Shown here one piece after another: positions 1 to 10,400 of a stretch of 64,000 nt of DNA. The notes below the pieces were generated by a model, which was given only the letters and a program-made list of their open reading frames with translations, did no database searches and was not told where the DNA came from. The position numbers and the translations under genes were made by a program. Within the stretch, counting starts at the first letter, position 1; each line of letters opens with the position of its first letter. The DNA is from Alphaproteobacteria bacterium (GTDB taxonomy: Bacteria; Pseudomonadota; Alphaproteobacteria; MPNO01; UBA830): the NCBI GenBank assembly GCA_965243135.1, contig OZ251539.1:4896001-4960000 (forward strand). The letters run 5' to 3'.

Positions 1-1005
1 CGAGAACGCGAGCGCGCACAGCCCGGAATTCGTGCAGATGTTGCTGGTCGCCTTTTCGCGCCTGATGTGCTGCTCCCGCGTCGACAACGTCAGGACCCAG
101 CCGCGCCGCCCCTGGACGTCCGCGGTCTGGCCCGCGAGGCGCCCCGGCATCCGGCGGACGAAATTCGCGCGCGTGGCGAACAGGCCTACGCACGGTCCCC
201 CGAAATTGAGCGGATTGCCGAGAGAGCGTCCCTCCGCGGCGACGACGTCCGCGCCCATCTGGCCGGGCGCGCGAAGCGCGCCGAGGGCGACGATCTCGGT
301 GACGACCGCCACCAGCAACGCCCCCGCTTCGCGGCACGCTTCGGCAAGCGGCCGCAGGTCGCGTATTCGCCCGAACACGTCCGGATACTGAACGACGACG
401 CAGGCGGTCTCGGGGCCGACGGAGACGCTCTCCGTCCCGTCGATGTCGGGCGGCAGCGTCTCGACCGATCCGTCGAGGTAGCGAAGCAGGGTGTCCGTCG
501 TCTCGGCGTAATGCGGATGCAGCCCGCCGGACAGGAGAACGTCCGGCCGCCCGGTGATCCGCCGAGCCATCGCGGCCGCCTCCGCGCAGGCGGTCGCGCC
601 GTCGTACATGGAGGCGTTGGCGACGTCCGCGCCGGCGATCATCGCCACCTGGGTCTGGAATTCGAAGAGATATTGCAGGGTGCCCTGCGAGATCTCCGGC
701 TGATACGGCGTGTAGGAAGTCAGGAATTCCCCCCGCTGGATCAGGTGATCGACGGCCGCGGGGACGTGATGGCGATACGCGCCGGCGCCCAGGAAAAACG
801 GCCCGCTGCCGGCATGGACGTTTTCGGCGGCCATGGCGGCGAGCGCCCGTTCCACCTCCAGCTCGCCTTGGCACGGGGGCAGCTCGACCGGCGAGTCGAG
901 CCGAACGCTTTCCGGGACGTCGCGAAACAACCGGTCGACGGAAGGCTCGCCGACCGCCGCGAGCATGTCGCGGCGGTCGGCGTCGGTGAGCGGCAGATAG
1001 CGCAT
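1..1005 (-). CDS. gcvPA: Glycine dehydrogenase (decarboxylating) subunit 1, 5' part (runs off window start)
   Basis: Reverse strand begins [15 protein letters not shown] (ATG 1005-1003, overlapping the gcvH TGA) and contains [12 protein letters not shown] and [11 protein letters not shown]. Not in the ORF track because it is truncated by the window edge. Confidence 0.95.
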   Translation of the reverse strand, partial: MRYLPLTDADRRDMLAAVGEPSVDRLFRDVPESVRLDSPVELPPCQGELEVERALAAMAAENVHAGSGPFFLGAGAYRHHVPAAVDHLIQRGEFLTSYTPYQPEISQGTLQYLFEFQTQVAMIAGADVANASMYDGATACAEAAAMARRITGRPDVLLSGGLHPHYAETTDTLLRYLDGSVETLPPDIDGTESVSVGPETACVVVQYPDVFGRIRDLRPLAEACREAGALLVAVVTEIVALGALRAPGQMGADVVAAEGRSLGNPLNFGGPCVGLFATRANFVRRMPGRLAGQTADVQGRRGWVLTLSTREQHIRREKATSNICTNSGLCALAFS

Positions 1006-1376
1006 CAACCGGCGACGAAGGCGCCGTAGGCCGCCTCGTCCATCAGTTCGTCCAACTCAGGGGGATTGCTCACGCGAATCTTCATGAACCAACCCTTGTC
1101 CACCGGCGACCGGTTGACCAGGGCCGGGTCGTCTTCGAGCGCGCCGTTCACTTCGACCACCTCGCCCGATACCGGCGCGTAGACCTCGCTCGCGGCCTTC
1201 ACCGACTCCACCACCGCCGCTTCCTCGTCGCGAACCACCGCCGCGCCGACTGCGGGAAGTTCGACGAACACCACGTCGCCAAGTTGGTCCTGGGCGAAGT
1301 CGCTGATGCCGACCGTGGCGATGTCGCCGTCGACCCGCACCCATTCGTGCTCCTTCGAGTATCTCAGCTCGCTCAT
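1005..1376 (-). CDS. gcvH: Glycine cleavage system H protein
   Basis: C-terminal part of ORF 1005..2504: [13 protein letters not shown]...[18 protein letters not shown] with the lipoyl-Lys motif. Confidence 0.97.
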   Translation of the reverse strand: MSELRYSKEHEWVRVDGDIATVGISDFAQDQLGDVVFVELPAVGAAVVRDEEAAVVESVKAASEVYAPVSGEVVEVNGALEDDPALVNRSPVDKGWFMKIRVSNPPELDELMDEAAYGAFVAG

Positions 1377-2488
1377 TTCGTCCTCCCGGCGCGATGGTAT
1401 CGGTGCGGCACGAAGGGCATCTGCCCCACCTTCGCAGGCCTCGGTTTCCCGCGAATCAGAAGCCGAACCGGCGTGCCCGGCGCCGCCGCTTCGGCATCGA
1501 CGTACCCCATGGCGATCGGGCCGCCGACGGACGGCCCGAAGCCCCCGGACGTGACCCTGCCGATCGGGCGATCCTTCGAGTCGACGATCTCCGTGCCTTC
1601 GCGGGCCGGCGCCCTGCCGTCGGGAACGAGGCCGACCCGCCGCCGCGACGGGCCGTCGCGGAGCTGCCCGAGGATGGCGTCGGCGCCGCGGAACCCGCCC
1701 TCCTCCCGGCGCCTGCGCGAGACGGTCCATGCAAGGCCCGCCTCGACCGGAGTGGTCGATTCGTCGATGTCGCGGCCATGCAGGCAGAGTCCGGCTTCCA
1801 GCCGCAGCGAATCCCGGGCGCCGAGTCCGGCGGGTTCGACTTCCTCCTCGGCAAGCAGCGCCTCCGCGATCCTGACGGCGTCTTCGGACGGAACGGAGAT
1901 TTCGTACCCGTCTTCGCCGGTATAGCCGGACCGCATGATCGCAAGCCGGCTGCCGTCGATCTCGGCCGGCAGCGCGCTCATGAACGGCATCGACGCGGCC
2001 TGAGGCGCGAAGCGCGCCATGACGCCCGGCGACGCGGGCCCCTGAAGCGCGATCAGGGATCTGTCTTCGAGCGGTTCCACCTGAACGCCGCCGACAGCGC
2101 GAAGGAGAGCGATATCCGCTTCCTTGCGCGCGGCGTTGACGACGGCGAAAAGATACTTGCCCACGTTGACGACGATCAGGTCGTCGAGAATTCCGCCTTC
2201 CTCGCCGGTCAACATCGTATAGCGCATGCGGCCCGGCGCCAGATCTCGAATGTCTCCGGGAACGAGAGCCTCCAGCGCTGCCGCGGGGTCGCTTCCGCGA
2301 AGCGCCACTTGGCCCATGTGAGAAACGTCGAACAGGGAAGCGGCGGCGCGGGTATGAAGGTGTTCGGCAAGAATGCCCGCGGGAAACCGGACCGGCAGCG
2401 CGTATCCGGCGAACGGAACCATCGCGCCGCCGCGTTCGACGTGCGCGCCGTGCAGCGCGGTTCGCTTCAGTGACTGGCTTCCGGAAAT
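1373..2488 (-). CDS. gcvT: Glycine cleavage system aminomethyltransferase T
   Basis: LKRTALH..., [16 protein letters not shown] and [14 protein letters not shown] motifs. The ORF-track start (2575) lies inside the riboswitch. The best start after the GGAGG site is ATT at 2488 (uncertain). Confidence 0.95.
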   Translation of the reverse strand: MSGSQSLKRTALHGAHVERGGAMVPFAGYALPVRFPAGILAEHLHTRAAASLFDVSHMGQVALRGSDPAAALEALVPGDIRDLAPGRMRYTMLTGEEGGILDDLIVVNVGKYLFAVVNAARKEADIALLRAVGGVQVEPLEDRSLIALQGPASPGVMARFAPQAASMPFMSALPAEIDGSRLAIMRSGYTGEDGYEISVPSEDAVRIAEALLAEEEVEPAGLGARDSLRLEAGLCLHGRDIDESTTPVEAGLAWTVSRRRREEGGFRGADAILGQLRDGPSRRRVGLVPDGRAPAREGTEIVDSKDRPIGRVTSGGFGPSVGGPIAMGYVDAEAAAPGTPVRLLIRGKPRPAKVGQMPFVPHRYHRAGRTK

Positions 2489-2543
2489 GGCACGCCCTCC
2501 CCACGGGTAAGAGGCCTCACGCGATACCGCCTGAGACTGTCGT

Positions 2544-2714
2544 GCCCCCTCTGTCCGGAGACCTGAGAGATTCACCCTTTCGGGCTTACTCCTTCGGTGA
2601 GGCGCTGCCTGCTTTCCAGAGTCGCATCCCCCTGCGGTCCGTTCGCCTGAGAGTTTCCGGGGCGGTTGCTCCTTCGGCGGCGGCTTGCCCGCCTCTCCCG
2701 CAGGGTTCGTCTGC
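2544..2714 (-). ncRNA. Tandem glycine riboswitch (two aptamers)
   Basis: Minus strand reads GCGGGAGAG...CGCCGAAGGAGCAA...GAAACTCTCAGG...GGACCGC, then CTCTGGAAAG...CACCGAAGGAGTAA...AATCTCTCAGG...GGACAGAG, directly upstream of gcvT. Confidence 0.95.
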
Positions 2715-2809
2715 GCGGCCGCATTCCCGCGGCAGCGGGAACCTACCTGTTTGTTCGCATGTTACAGCAGACATCCGTCCGATCAAGTCGGTTGGCCGTC
2801 CCTGCGCCG

Positions 2810-3310
2810 TCATCTCCGGTTGAACGCGACCTCTTCGGGCGTAAGCTGCAACCCCAGCAGGATCAGCGTCGCGGGGCCGTCGTCGGGCTCGGCGAGCGGG
2901 ACGAATACCGCGACGTTGTCGCGGAAGGTCGCGGCGCCGTTTTCGAATCGCCCCTTCACCGGCAATATGCGCTTGCCGCCGGGCCGGGAGAGATGCGCGG
3001 GAACGGCGACGAAATACTCGAACGCCGCCTCGAGGTCCTCGTTTTCGGGGCCTCGCTCCACCGCGATCTCGACCAGCATCTCGACTTCGACGCCGTTATC
3101 GTCGTAGTCGCAGGAGCCGCGGAAATCCGCGATCCTCGCCTCGAAGGCGACGTTCTCGCGGCCGGAGCCCTCGGCAAATCGAACGAGCCTGCCCGCATCT
3201 CCGAGTATGAGCACTTCGGGGCAGGGAAGCTTCCGCTGCTCTCCGACCAGTTCGCACCCTGCGAGCGCCAACCCCGCGATCAGAACGGCCGCGCCTGCTT
3301 TCGGGCGCAT
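2810..3310 (-). CDS. Conserved hypothetical lipoprotein
   Basis: Lipobox LALAGC followed by a PCPEV motif; resembles uncharacterised alphaproteobacterial lipoproteins. Confidence 0.75.
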   Translation of the reverse strand: MRPKAGAAVLIAGLALAGCELVGEQRKLPCPEVLILGDAGRLVRFAEGSGRENVAFEARIADFRGSCDYDDNGVEVEMLVEIAVERGPENEDLEAAFEYFVAVPAHLSRPGGKRILPVKGRFENGAATFRDNVAVFVPLAEPDDGPATLILLGLQLTPEEVAFNRR

Positions 3311-3314
3311 GGCG

Positions 3315-3554
3315 TCAGACGTTCTTGTGGGAGCCGTCGCAAAGCGGCGCGGAACCGGTGCGCTTGCATCCGCAAAACCAGACCGTTTCCGCTTCGGCAG
3401 CGGCGTACTGCGCCGGACTTATGCCCGTTCCCTTGTGGGAACCGTCGCAAAACGGCTGGCTCCCGCTGCGCCCGCACGCGCACCACCAGTAGTCCTTGCC
3501 CGCTTCGACCTCGACGCCGAACGGAGATTTTTGCGCAACAACCGGTTCCGACAT
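3315..3554 (-). CDS. CDGSH iron-sulfur domain protein (two CDGSH motifs, MiNT/CISD3-like)
   Basis: WCACGRSGSQPFCDGSH and WFCGCKRTGSAPLCDGSH. Confidence 0.95.
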   Translation of the reverse strand: MSEPVVAQKSPFGVEVEAGKDYWWCACGRSGSQPFCDGSHKGTGISPAQYAAAEAETVWFCGCKRTGSAPLCDGSHKNV

Positions 3555-3925
3555 GTGGTCCTTCCCTTTCGATGCCGCGCCCTCGGGCGCACGGTTGCGC
3601 GAATGTATTCAAGGCGGCGCGTTCGGGCAAGCGGCGCTATCGTCAAGGGATCCGGCGGCGGGCGGACGAAAGGCCGGTTCTCGCCGGGGCCGCCGCTTCC
3701 CGCCCGACGCCCGCCGTGCGCCCGCCAAGGTTCTCCCGTCGGTCGACGGAAGCCCGGCCTCCGCAGGGAGTTCCGAATCCTGCGCCGCCGGTCTCCTTTC
3801 CCAAAGAATTCGGCCGGCGAAAGAGTCCGGGCGCCGTTCCGCGCGCGCCGAAGAATGCGATCGGTCGTTGTCGCCGTCGGACGATCCTCCTAAAATCGGG
3901 CGGCGATCGTCCGAACGAGGATGCA

Positions 3926-4138
3926 ATGACGGAACGACAGGAGCGGCCGGTTGCCGTCGGCGGAAGCGACGACCCTCATCTGGCCTTCCGGCGGCAACTC
4001 GCGGAAATTCTGGATCGGGCGGATCTCACCGAAGAGCAGCGCCAGAGGTTCCTGATCGCCGCCTCATGTCCGTGTTGCGGCGCCGGCGGGCTGTCGTTCA
4101 GTTTGCCGCTCAAATCCCGCGCCGGGCCGGGATTCTAG
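3926..4138 (+). CDS. Small hypothetical protein with CPCCG motif
   Basis: GAGG site then ATG 3926. 70 aa, MTERQERP...LAEILDRADLTEEQRQRFLIAASCPCCGAGGLSFSLPL; protein-like composition. Confidence 0.65.
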   Translation: MTERQERPVAVGGSDDPHLAFRRQLAEILDRADLTEEQRQRFLIAASCPCCGAGGLSFSLPLKSRAGPGF

Positions 4139-4695
4139 CCTTCGGAAGCGCGAGAGTCGCCGCTCCCTTTCGAGAATGGTTTCGGCAACGGCGGCCCAAG
4201 CGACGAGATCGGCGCCGCAGTCTTCGGTGGCGGTTCAACGGTCGGCGGACGTTTGCGAACCATGCCGGCCGGTACCCGCGACGAACCTGCGCTCGACATC
4301 TCCGGAAGCGCCGGTCGGCGTGAAGCGGAGGCCGTACTCCGCGCGGACGACTTTCCGTTCCCCCTTCCGAAGCGCTATCCAGGCGATCCTCCGTCGTGGA
4401 GGCAGGGGCGGGTTGTCCGGCGAGTCGAGGCGCCGAACGTCGCGGGCCGGACGCTGGCGGCTGGGGCCCGGTCTCCGCACCGCGTTTCTCGCGCGCCCTC
4501 CCGCCGACGCCGGGGTTCCGAATGTCCGCTCCGAACTCCGCCGCCGGGCCAGCCTCCGCACCGCTCAGCCGGGCATCTTTCGAGCCGCTCCGAGGCTGCG
4601 CCTCGTTCCGCGCCTGCCGGGCGACGGTGGCCGCCAGTCGGCGGTCCATGCTATAGTGCGCGTCCTTCGCAGGCCGCCCGTGTCGGGAACGCTCC

Positions 4696-5634
4696 ATGAT
4701 CGCCCCTCCGATGAAAATCCTGCTGGCCGGACCGCGCAGCTTCTGCGCCGGCGTCGACCGAGCCATCAGGATCGTGGAACTCGCGCTCGAAAAGCACGGC
4801 GCTCCCATCTACGTCAGGCACGAGATCGTCCACAACCCGCATGTCGTGAAGGATCTCGAAGGCAAGGGCGCGGTGTTCGTCGATGAACTCGACGAGGCGC
4901 CGCCCGGCGTTCCGGTGGTCTTTTCCGCGCACGGCGTGCCCAAATCCGTCGTTGCGGACGCCGAACGACGCGGAATGCCTTATCTTGACGCGACCTGTCC
5001 CTTGGTCACCAAGGTGCATGTCGAAGCGGCGCGTCGCCGCAAGGAGGGCCGAAACGTCATCCTGATCGGACATGCGGGGCATCCGGAGGTCGTCGGCACG
5101 ATGGGACAGTTCGGCGAGGGCGAAACGATCCTCGTGGAGGACGCCGCGCAGGCCGAGACGGTCCAGGTTCCCGACCCCGGAAAGCTCGCGTACGTCACCC
5201 AAACCACGCTCTCGGTCGACGACACGGCGGAGATCGTCGCGGTTCTCCGGCGCCGTTTCCCGACGATCGCCGCCCCGCGCAAGGACGACATCTGCTACGC
5301 GACCACCAACCGGCAAGCCGCCGTCAAGGCGCTGGTCGGCGATTGCGACGCCATGGTCGTCCTCGGCGCCCGGAACTCGTCCAACTCCAACAGGCTGGTG
5401 GAGGTCGCGCGCTCGGCCGGCTGTCCGAAGGCGATCCTCGTTCGGGACGCCGCCGAAATCGAGGATGCATGGTTCGAGGGCGTCGGAACGCTCGGCGTCA
5501 CCGCGGGAGCGTCCGCGCCGGAAAGTCTCGTCCAGGATCTGATCGCGTCGCTGCGCGACCGCTACGACGTGACCGTCGAGGAACGGCGGGTCGCGGAAGA
5601 GGACATCGAATTCAGCCTGCCGCGGTCGCTCTGA
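4696..5634 (+). CDS. ispH: 4-hydroxy-3-methylbut-2-enyl diphosphate reductase
   Basis: [22 protein letters not shown] and [10 protein letters not shown] (three Fe-S Cys), plus SSNS. Confidence 0.97.
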   Translation: MIAPPMKILLAGPRSFCAGVDRAIRIVELALEKHGAPIYVRHEIVHNPHVVKDLEGKGAVFVDELDEAPPGVPVVFSAHGVPKSVVADAERRGMPYLDATCPLVTKVHVEAARRRKEGRNVILIGHAGHPEVVGTMGQFGEGETILVEDAAQAETVQVPDPGKLAYVTQTTLSVDDTAEIVAVLRRRFPTIAAPRKDDICYATTNRQAAVKALVGDCDAMVVLGARNSSNSNRLVEVARSAGCPKAILVRDAAEIEDAWFEGVGTLGVTAGASAPESLVQDLIASLRDRYDVTVEERRVAEEDIEFSLPRSL

Positions 5635-5641
5635 GACAACG

Positions 5642-6580
5642 GTGGCGGTCTATACCGAAATCGACCGCGCGGCGCTCGACGAGTTCCTCGAGGGCTTTTC
5701 GATCGGCGCCGCCGTCCGCAGCTCCGGCATCGACGAAGGGATCGAGAACACCAACTACCTCCTGGAGACCGCTTCCGGCAAGTTCATCCTCACCCTGTTC
5801 GAGGCGCGCACGAAACGCCGCGACCTGCCTTACTTTCTGGCGCTGATGGAGCATTTGGCCGGACGCGGCGTTCCCTGTCCCTTGCCGGTGCCCGACCGGG
5901 CGGGCGAGACGCTCCACGCGCTGTGCGGACGGCCCGCCGCCGTTACGACCTTCCTCGACGGCGCCTGGCCGCGAAATCCCGCCGGCCGCCACTGCCGCGC
6001 CGCGGGCCGGGCGCTCGCGAATCTGCACCTCGCCGCAAGGGATTTCGGGATGCGCCGGGCCAACGACCTGTCCGTGACCGCGTGGCGGAGCATGTTCGGC
6101 CGGCTGGCGGACGCCGCCGACGAGCTGAAGCCCGGGCTGTCGGATTGGCTCTCGGACGAGATCGGCGCGCTGGAGAACGAATGGCCTTCCGGCCTGCCGT
6201 CGGGCGTCATTCACGGCGACCTCTTTCCGGACAACGTCTTCTTCGCCGGCGGCGAACTCTCCGGCCTGATCGATTTTTACTTCGCCTGCGAAGACTTTCT
6301 CGCCTACGATCTGGCGATTTGCCTCGACGCTTGGTGCTTCGACCGGCGCGGCGGATTCGACGCGGAAGCGGCGAACGCCCTGATCGAAGGCTACCGCGCC
6401 GGCCGCGAGCCGGAGCCGGGCGAGCTCGAAGCCCTGCCGACGCTCGCGCGCGGCGCCGCTGTCCGGTTCCTTCTGACGCGCCTCGACGATTGGCGCCGCG
6501 ACGGCGCCTGCCGCAAGGATCCCCTCGACTTCGTGCCGGTCGTCGAATTTCTCCGAAGCGCGCCGCGATTGACGCCGTGA
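5642..6580 (+). CDS. thrB: Homoserine kinase type II
   Basis: [24 protein letters not shown] and LIDFYFAC; conserved ispH-thrB-rnhA order. Confidence 0.95.
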   Translation: MAVYTEIDRAALDEFLEGFSIGAAVRSSGIDEGIENTNYLLETASGKFILTLFEARTKRRDLPYFLALMEHLAGRGVPCPLPVPDRAGETLHALCGRPAAVTTFLDGAWPRNPAGRHCRAAGRALANLHLAARDFGMRRANDLSVTAWRSMFGRLADAADELKPGLSDWLSDEIGALENEWPSGLPSGVIHGDLFPDNVFFAGGELSGLIDFYFACEDFLAYDLAICLDAWCFDRRGGFDAEAANALIEGYRAGREPEPGELEALPTLARGAAVRFLLTRLDDWRRDGACRKDPLDFVPVVEFLRSAPRLTP

Positions 6581-7098
6581 GCGGAAAAAGACGCCGGGCG
6601 GGCGGGTCTTCCGGGACCGTCGTCAGGATATTCACCGACGGCGCCTGCCGCGGAAACCCCGGCCCCGGAGGCTGGGGCGCTCTTCTGCAATGGAAGGAGG
6701 CCGAACGCGAACTGACCGGCGGCGAACCGATGACCACCAACAACCGGATGGAACTGATGGCCGCCATCGCCGCGCTCGAAGCCCTCAAGCGGGGCGTCGA
6801 GGCGGAAATCTACACCGACAGCCAGTACGTCAAGAACGGCATCACGCAATGGATCGGCAACTGGAAGAAACGCGGATGGGTGAGCGCCGACAGGAAGCCG
6901 GTGAAGAACCAGGATCTTTGGCGGCGGCTCGACGACGCTCTGAAGCCGCACGCCGTCACCTGGCACTGGGTGAAGGGACACGCCGGCCACCCGGAAAACG
7001 AACGCGCCGACGGGCTCGCCCGCAAGGGACTCGAGAACGCGCAAGCCGCCGGCGAAGAAAAGGTCAGAGCTGGCCGAGGATCGTCCCTGCGTCGCTGA
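6577..7098 (+). CDS. rnhA: Ribonuclease HI
   Basis: [24 protein letters not shown] and [15 protein letters not shown]; GTG overlaps the thrB stop. Confidence 0.96.
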   Translation: MSGKRRRAGGSSGTVVRIFTDGACRGNPGPGGWGALLQWKEAERELTGGEPMTTNNRMELMAAIAALEALKRGVEAEIYTDSQYVKNGITQWIGNWKKRGWVSADRKPVKNQDLWRRLDDALKPHAVTWHWVKGHAGHPENERADGLARKGLENAQAAGEEKVRAGRGSSLRR

Positions 7099-7546
7099 CC
7101 TCGAACGCGCCGCCTTCTTCGAGATTGATCCGGGTCACGGCGCCGTCGTCCACGATCATCGAATACCGCGACGACCGCACGCCGAGGCCGCGTTCGGTCA
7201 GATCGAGAACCGTTCCGAGCGCTTTGGTGAGCTCGGCGCTGCCGTCGGCCAGCATCTCGACCTTGCCGGCAGCGTTCTGATCCTTGCCCCAAGCGTCCAT
7301 CACGAACACGTCGTTGACCGAAAGGCACGCGACGGTGTCCGCGCCCTTCCCTTTGATCTCGTCGGCCTTCTCGACGAAGCCGGGAAGGTGCTTGGCGGAA
7401 CAGGTCGGCGTGAACGCGCCCGGCACGGCGAAAAGAACCACCTTCTTGCCGCCGAAAAGCTCCTCCGTCGTAACCTGCTCGGGACCGTCAGCGCCCATTC
7501 TCGTCAACTTGCCCGATGGAATCTTGTCTCCAACGCCGATCGCCAT
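7064..7546 (-). CDS. Peroxiredoxin (Prx5/type II)
   Basis: [17 protein letters not shown] and SVNDVFVM. Confidence 0.95.
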   Translation of the reverse strand: MAIGVGDKIPSGKLTRMGADGPEQVTTEELFGGKKVVLFAVPGAFTPTCSAKHLPGFVEKADEIKGKGADTVACLSVNDVFVMDAWGKDQNAAGKVEMLADGSAELTKALGTVLDLTERGLGVRSSRYSMIVDDGAVTRINLEEGGAFEVSDAGTILGQL

Positions 7547-7614
7547 GATGTTCTCCAAGTCTTGATGGGCCGCAGCCCGCGAAGCCGATCAAATAAACTA
7601 CTCGCCCCCGTTTG

Positions 7615-9708
7615 TCACCCCGAACCGTCCGGCGCGGACGGCATGCGCGCGGTTCCGCCGGCGCCGGCTCCGCCCGCTTCGTCGACCGCCTTCAGCACGG
7701 CGGATTCCGAAAGGATTTCGGGCAGGACGACGCCGCCGGGAGCCGCCGGACCGTAGACGACGTTGAAGGGAATCCCGAAACGGCCGAAGCTTTCGAGATA
7801 GGCGGCGATCCGGTCGTCGGGACTGGTCCAGTCGGCGCGCATCGCGACCACGCCGCCGCCGCCGAGCAACTCGGCGACCCGTCCTCGTTCGAGCACCAGG
7901 GACTTGTTGATCTGGCAGGTCAGGCACCAGTCGGCGGTGACGTCCACGAGAACGCTCCTTCCGGCGGCGACCTCGGTCCCGATCCGGGCTGCGTCGAACG
8001 GCCGCCACGGCGGCGCGTTCTTCGCGACCGAAGGCCCGTCGACCGGGAAGGCGCCCGCGCCGGCCATGGAAACCGCCGCGAGAAACGCCGCGGTCCCGCC
8101 CGCGGCCAACCGGGCCCTGCCGCCGAGCTCCCTGCATTGCCTGGTCGCGAAGGCCATGGCCCCCAACAGAAGCGCGACCATGACGGCGCCCGGTCCGCCG
8201 ATCTGGAACCACAGGACGCTGAGCAGCCAGGCCGCAGTGCCGATCAACGCGAACGACAAAACGCGTTTCACCGTCGCCATCCACGAACCCGGCTTCGGCA
8301 GATGCCTCACCAAGACCGGGAACGCCGCCACGAGGAGCCACGGCAAGGCGAGGCCGAAGCCGACCGCGAGGAATACGGCGTAGATCTCGAATACGCCGCG
8401 CGCCAGCGCGAACCCCACCGCGGTGCCGAGAAACGGGGCGGTGCAGGGCGTCGCCAGCAGCGTCGCGAAAGCGCCCGTCAGGAAGTGTCCCCGCAGGCTT
8501 CGTCCCGTATCCCCGGACGCCGCGTCGGCCACGGCTCCGGGCAGGCGGATCTCGAAGAAGCCCCACATGTTGCAGGCGAACAGGACGATCACCGCAGCCA
8601 TGAAGGTCACGAACACGGGTTGCTGGAACTGTATCCCCCAACCGGCCGCCAGACCGGCGGCCTTGAGGCCGGCGGCGACGGTCCCCAGAATCGCGAAGCA
8701 CGCGAGGATGCCGGCCGCCGAAGCGACGAACCCGGCGCGAATGCGGCCCCGCGACTCGCCGCCGTGATCGATCACGGTCATGAGCTTGAGGGAAAGAACG
8801 GGGAGCACGCAAGGCATGAGATTGAGAATCAGGCCGCCCAGCACGGCGAGGCCGAGAATCGCGAGCAAAAATCCCGGAGCTTGCGGCGACGCTCTCGGAA
8901 GCGTGACGCGGCGTTCGATCGCCCGGTCGCCGTCGACGAGAGTCAGGATGGCTTCCCGGCCTTCGAGGCGGGCGTTCCCGGGCGGCTGAACGTCCATCCG
9001 CATCGTCGCCGTCGCGCCGGTCGAATCGATCTCGGGCCGCCCGAAGCGAAATCCCGGCGGCCCTTCCACGAAGAGGTCCGGCTTCCCGAAGCCCCCTTCG
9101 GCGGACGCGACGACCGCGAAAGTCCGTCCCGCGATCTCTATCCGGTCTATGGAAAGCGGGCCGCCGTCCCCCGAACGCGGAACGCGGGCGCGCCACCGGT
9201 CGATCAGCGCCGCCTCCCGCGCGTCCGCGCCGGACGGCAGAGCGAGCGCCAGATCGGCTTCGTAAGGAACGCAGATGTCGTCGCAGGTGAGAAAGCGCAC
9301 GCGGGCGCGCAGCGCCATCTCCTTGCCGGGTTCGAACGGCGAGGCGGCTATCGGCAGAACGACCTCGTTCCTGTAGCCGAGCGTCTCGAGCCCCAGCACG
9401 GAGAACCGTTCGGGCGCCGGCCAGGCCATTTCGGCGCCGGCGAGATTGACGGAGCCGGCCCAGTTCGCCTGCGGCGGGAACCCGGCGTCGCCGGGCGACC
9501 TCCAATAGATTTTCCATCCCGGCTTCATGCGAAACTGAAGTCCGAGATCGACCTCGTCGCCTCCCGCCGCGCCGCCGACCAGGCGCACCGCGCCGTGTTC
9601 GTGGACGAACCAGGGGGACGCCGCGGCGAACGCGGAAGGCGCGCAGGTCGCGGCCAGCGCGAGGCACGCCAGACCCGAGAGAAACCGTTCGACGGAGGAC
9701 ATCGACAT
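7615..9708 (-). CDS. Thiol:disulfide interchange protein, DsbD family
   Basis: PGWKIYWRSPGDAG, CDDIC, LNLMPCVLPVL, LATPCTAPFLG and C-terminal thioredoxin ADWCLTC. Confidence 0.93.
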   Translation of the reverse strand: MSMSSVERFLSGLACLALAATCAPSAFAAASPWFVHEHGAVRLVGGAAGGDEVDLGLQFRMKPGWKIYWRSPGDAGFPPQANWAGSVNLAGAEMAWPAPERFSVLGLETLGYRNEVVLPIAASPFEPGKEMALRARVRFLTCDDICVPYEADLALALPSGADAREAALIDRWRARVPRSGDGGPLSIDRIEIAGRTFAVVASAEGGFGKPDLFVEGPPGFRFGRPEIDSTGATATMRMDVQPPGNARLEGREAILTLVDGDRAIERRVTLPRASPQAPGFLLAILGLAVLGGLILNLMPCVLPVLSLKLMTVIDHGGESRGRIRAGFVASAAGILACFAILGTVAAGLKAAGLAAGWGIQFQQPVFVTFMAAVIVLFACNMWGFFEIRLPGAVADAASGDTGRSLRGHFLTGAFATLLATPCTAPFLGTAVGFALARGVFEIYAVFLAVGFGLALPWLLVAAFPVLVRHLPKPGSWMATVKRVLSFALIGTAAWLLSVLWFQIGGPGAVMVALLLGAMAFATRQCRELGGRARLAAGGTAAFLAAVSMAGAGAFPVDGPSVAKNAPPWRPFDAARIGTEVAAGRSVLVDVTADWCLTCQINKSLVLERGRVAELLGGGGVVAMRADWTSPDDRIAAYLESFGRFGIPFNVVYGPAAPGGVVLPEILSESAVLKAVDEAGGAGAGGTARMPSAPDGSG

Positions 9709-9803
9709 TCCGACTGCAATTCGGCATATAATATAGAGCTTGGAATCGGCCGGTACAGGCTGCCGGCCGTCGCGGCGAGCTCCGGACGCGAGGAACGGGA
9801 CAG

Positions 9804-10379
9804 ATGAGCGACGAAAAGAGTGCCGGCGGCTATCTGACGGGACAGCTCCTTGTGGCCATGCCCCAAATGCTGGACCCCCGGTTCGCCAGATCGGTGATCT
9901 ACATGTGCGCCCACACCGAGGACGGCGCGATGGGCCTGGTCGTCAACAAGCTGATGGACAAGATCAGTTTTCCCGACCTTCTGGAGCAGCTCGGCCTTGA
10001 GGCGGCGTCCAGGGACAACGACCTCCGGGTCCATTTCGGCGGACCGGTCGATAGCGGCAGGGGTTTCGTGCTGCATACGGCGGATTACGTCCAGGATGCG
10101 ACGATGGTCATCGACGAACGGGTCGCGCTGACCGCGACCACCGACATCCTGAAGGACATTGCCGACGGCCAGGGACCTCGCAACAGCCTTTTCGCGCTGG
10201 GTTACGCCGGCTGGGGGCCGGGGCAGCTCGACGGCGAAATCCAGGCCAACGGCTGGCTGTCCGTCGTCGCCGACGACGGACTGGTGTTCGCCAGCGACCC
10301 GGAAGCGGCATGGGACGCGGCGCTCGCCAAGATCGGCGTCACTCCCTCCATGCTGTCGGGAGATGCGGGGCACGCCTGA
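9804..10379 (+). CDS. YqgE/AlgH (UPF0301) family protein
   Basis: LLVAMPQMLDPRFARSV, GGPVD and LGYAGWGPGQLDGEI. Confidence 0.95.
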   Translation: MSDEKSAGGYLTGQLLVAMPQMLDPRFARSVIYMCAHTEDGAMGLVVNKLMDKISFPDLLEQLGLEAASRDNDLRVHFGGPVDSGRGFVLHTADYVQDATMVIDERVALTATTDILKDIADGQGPRNSLFALGYAGWGPGQLDGEIQANGWLSVVADDGLVFASDPEAAWDAALAKIGVTPSMLSGDAGHA

Positions 10380-10400
10380 CTGCCGCCGCGCCGCCGCGGG

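Noticed and set aside
67-1029. 320-aa plus-strand ORF
   Set aside because: Antisense shadow of gcvPA in high-GC DNA; the minus strand carries the recognisable protein.
7064-7098. Convergent overlap of rnhA and peroxiredoxin 3' ends
   Set aside because: Short tail-to-tail overlaps are common in GC-rich genomes; no evidence of function.
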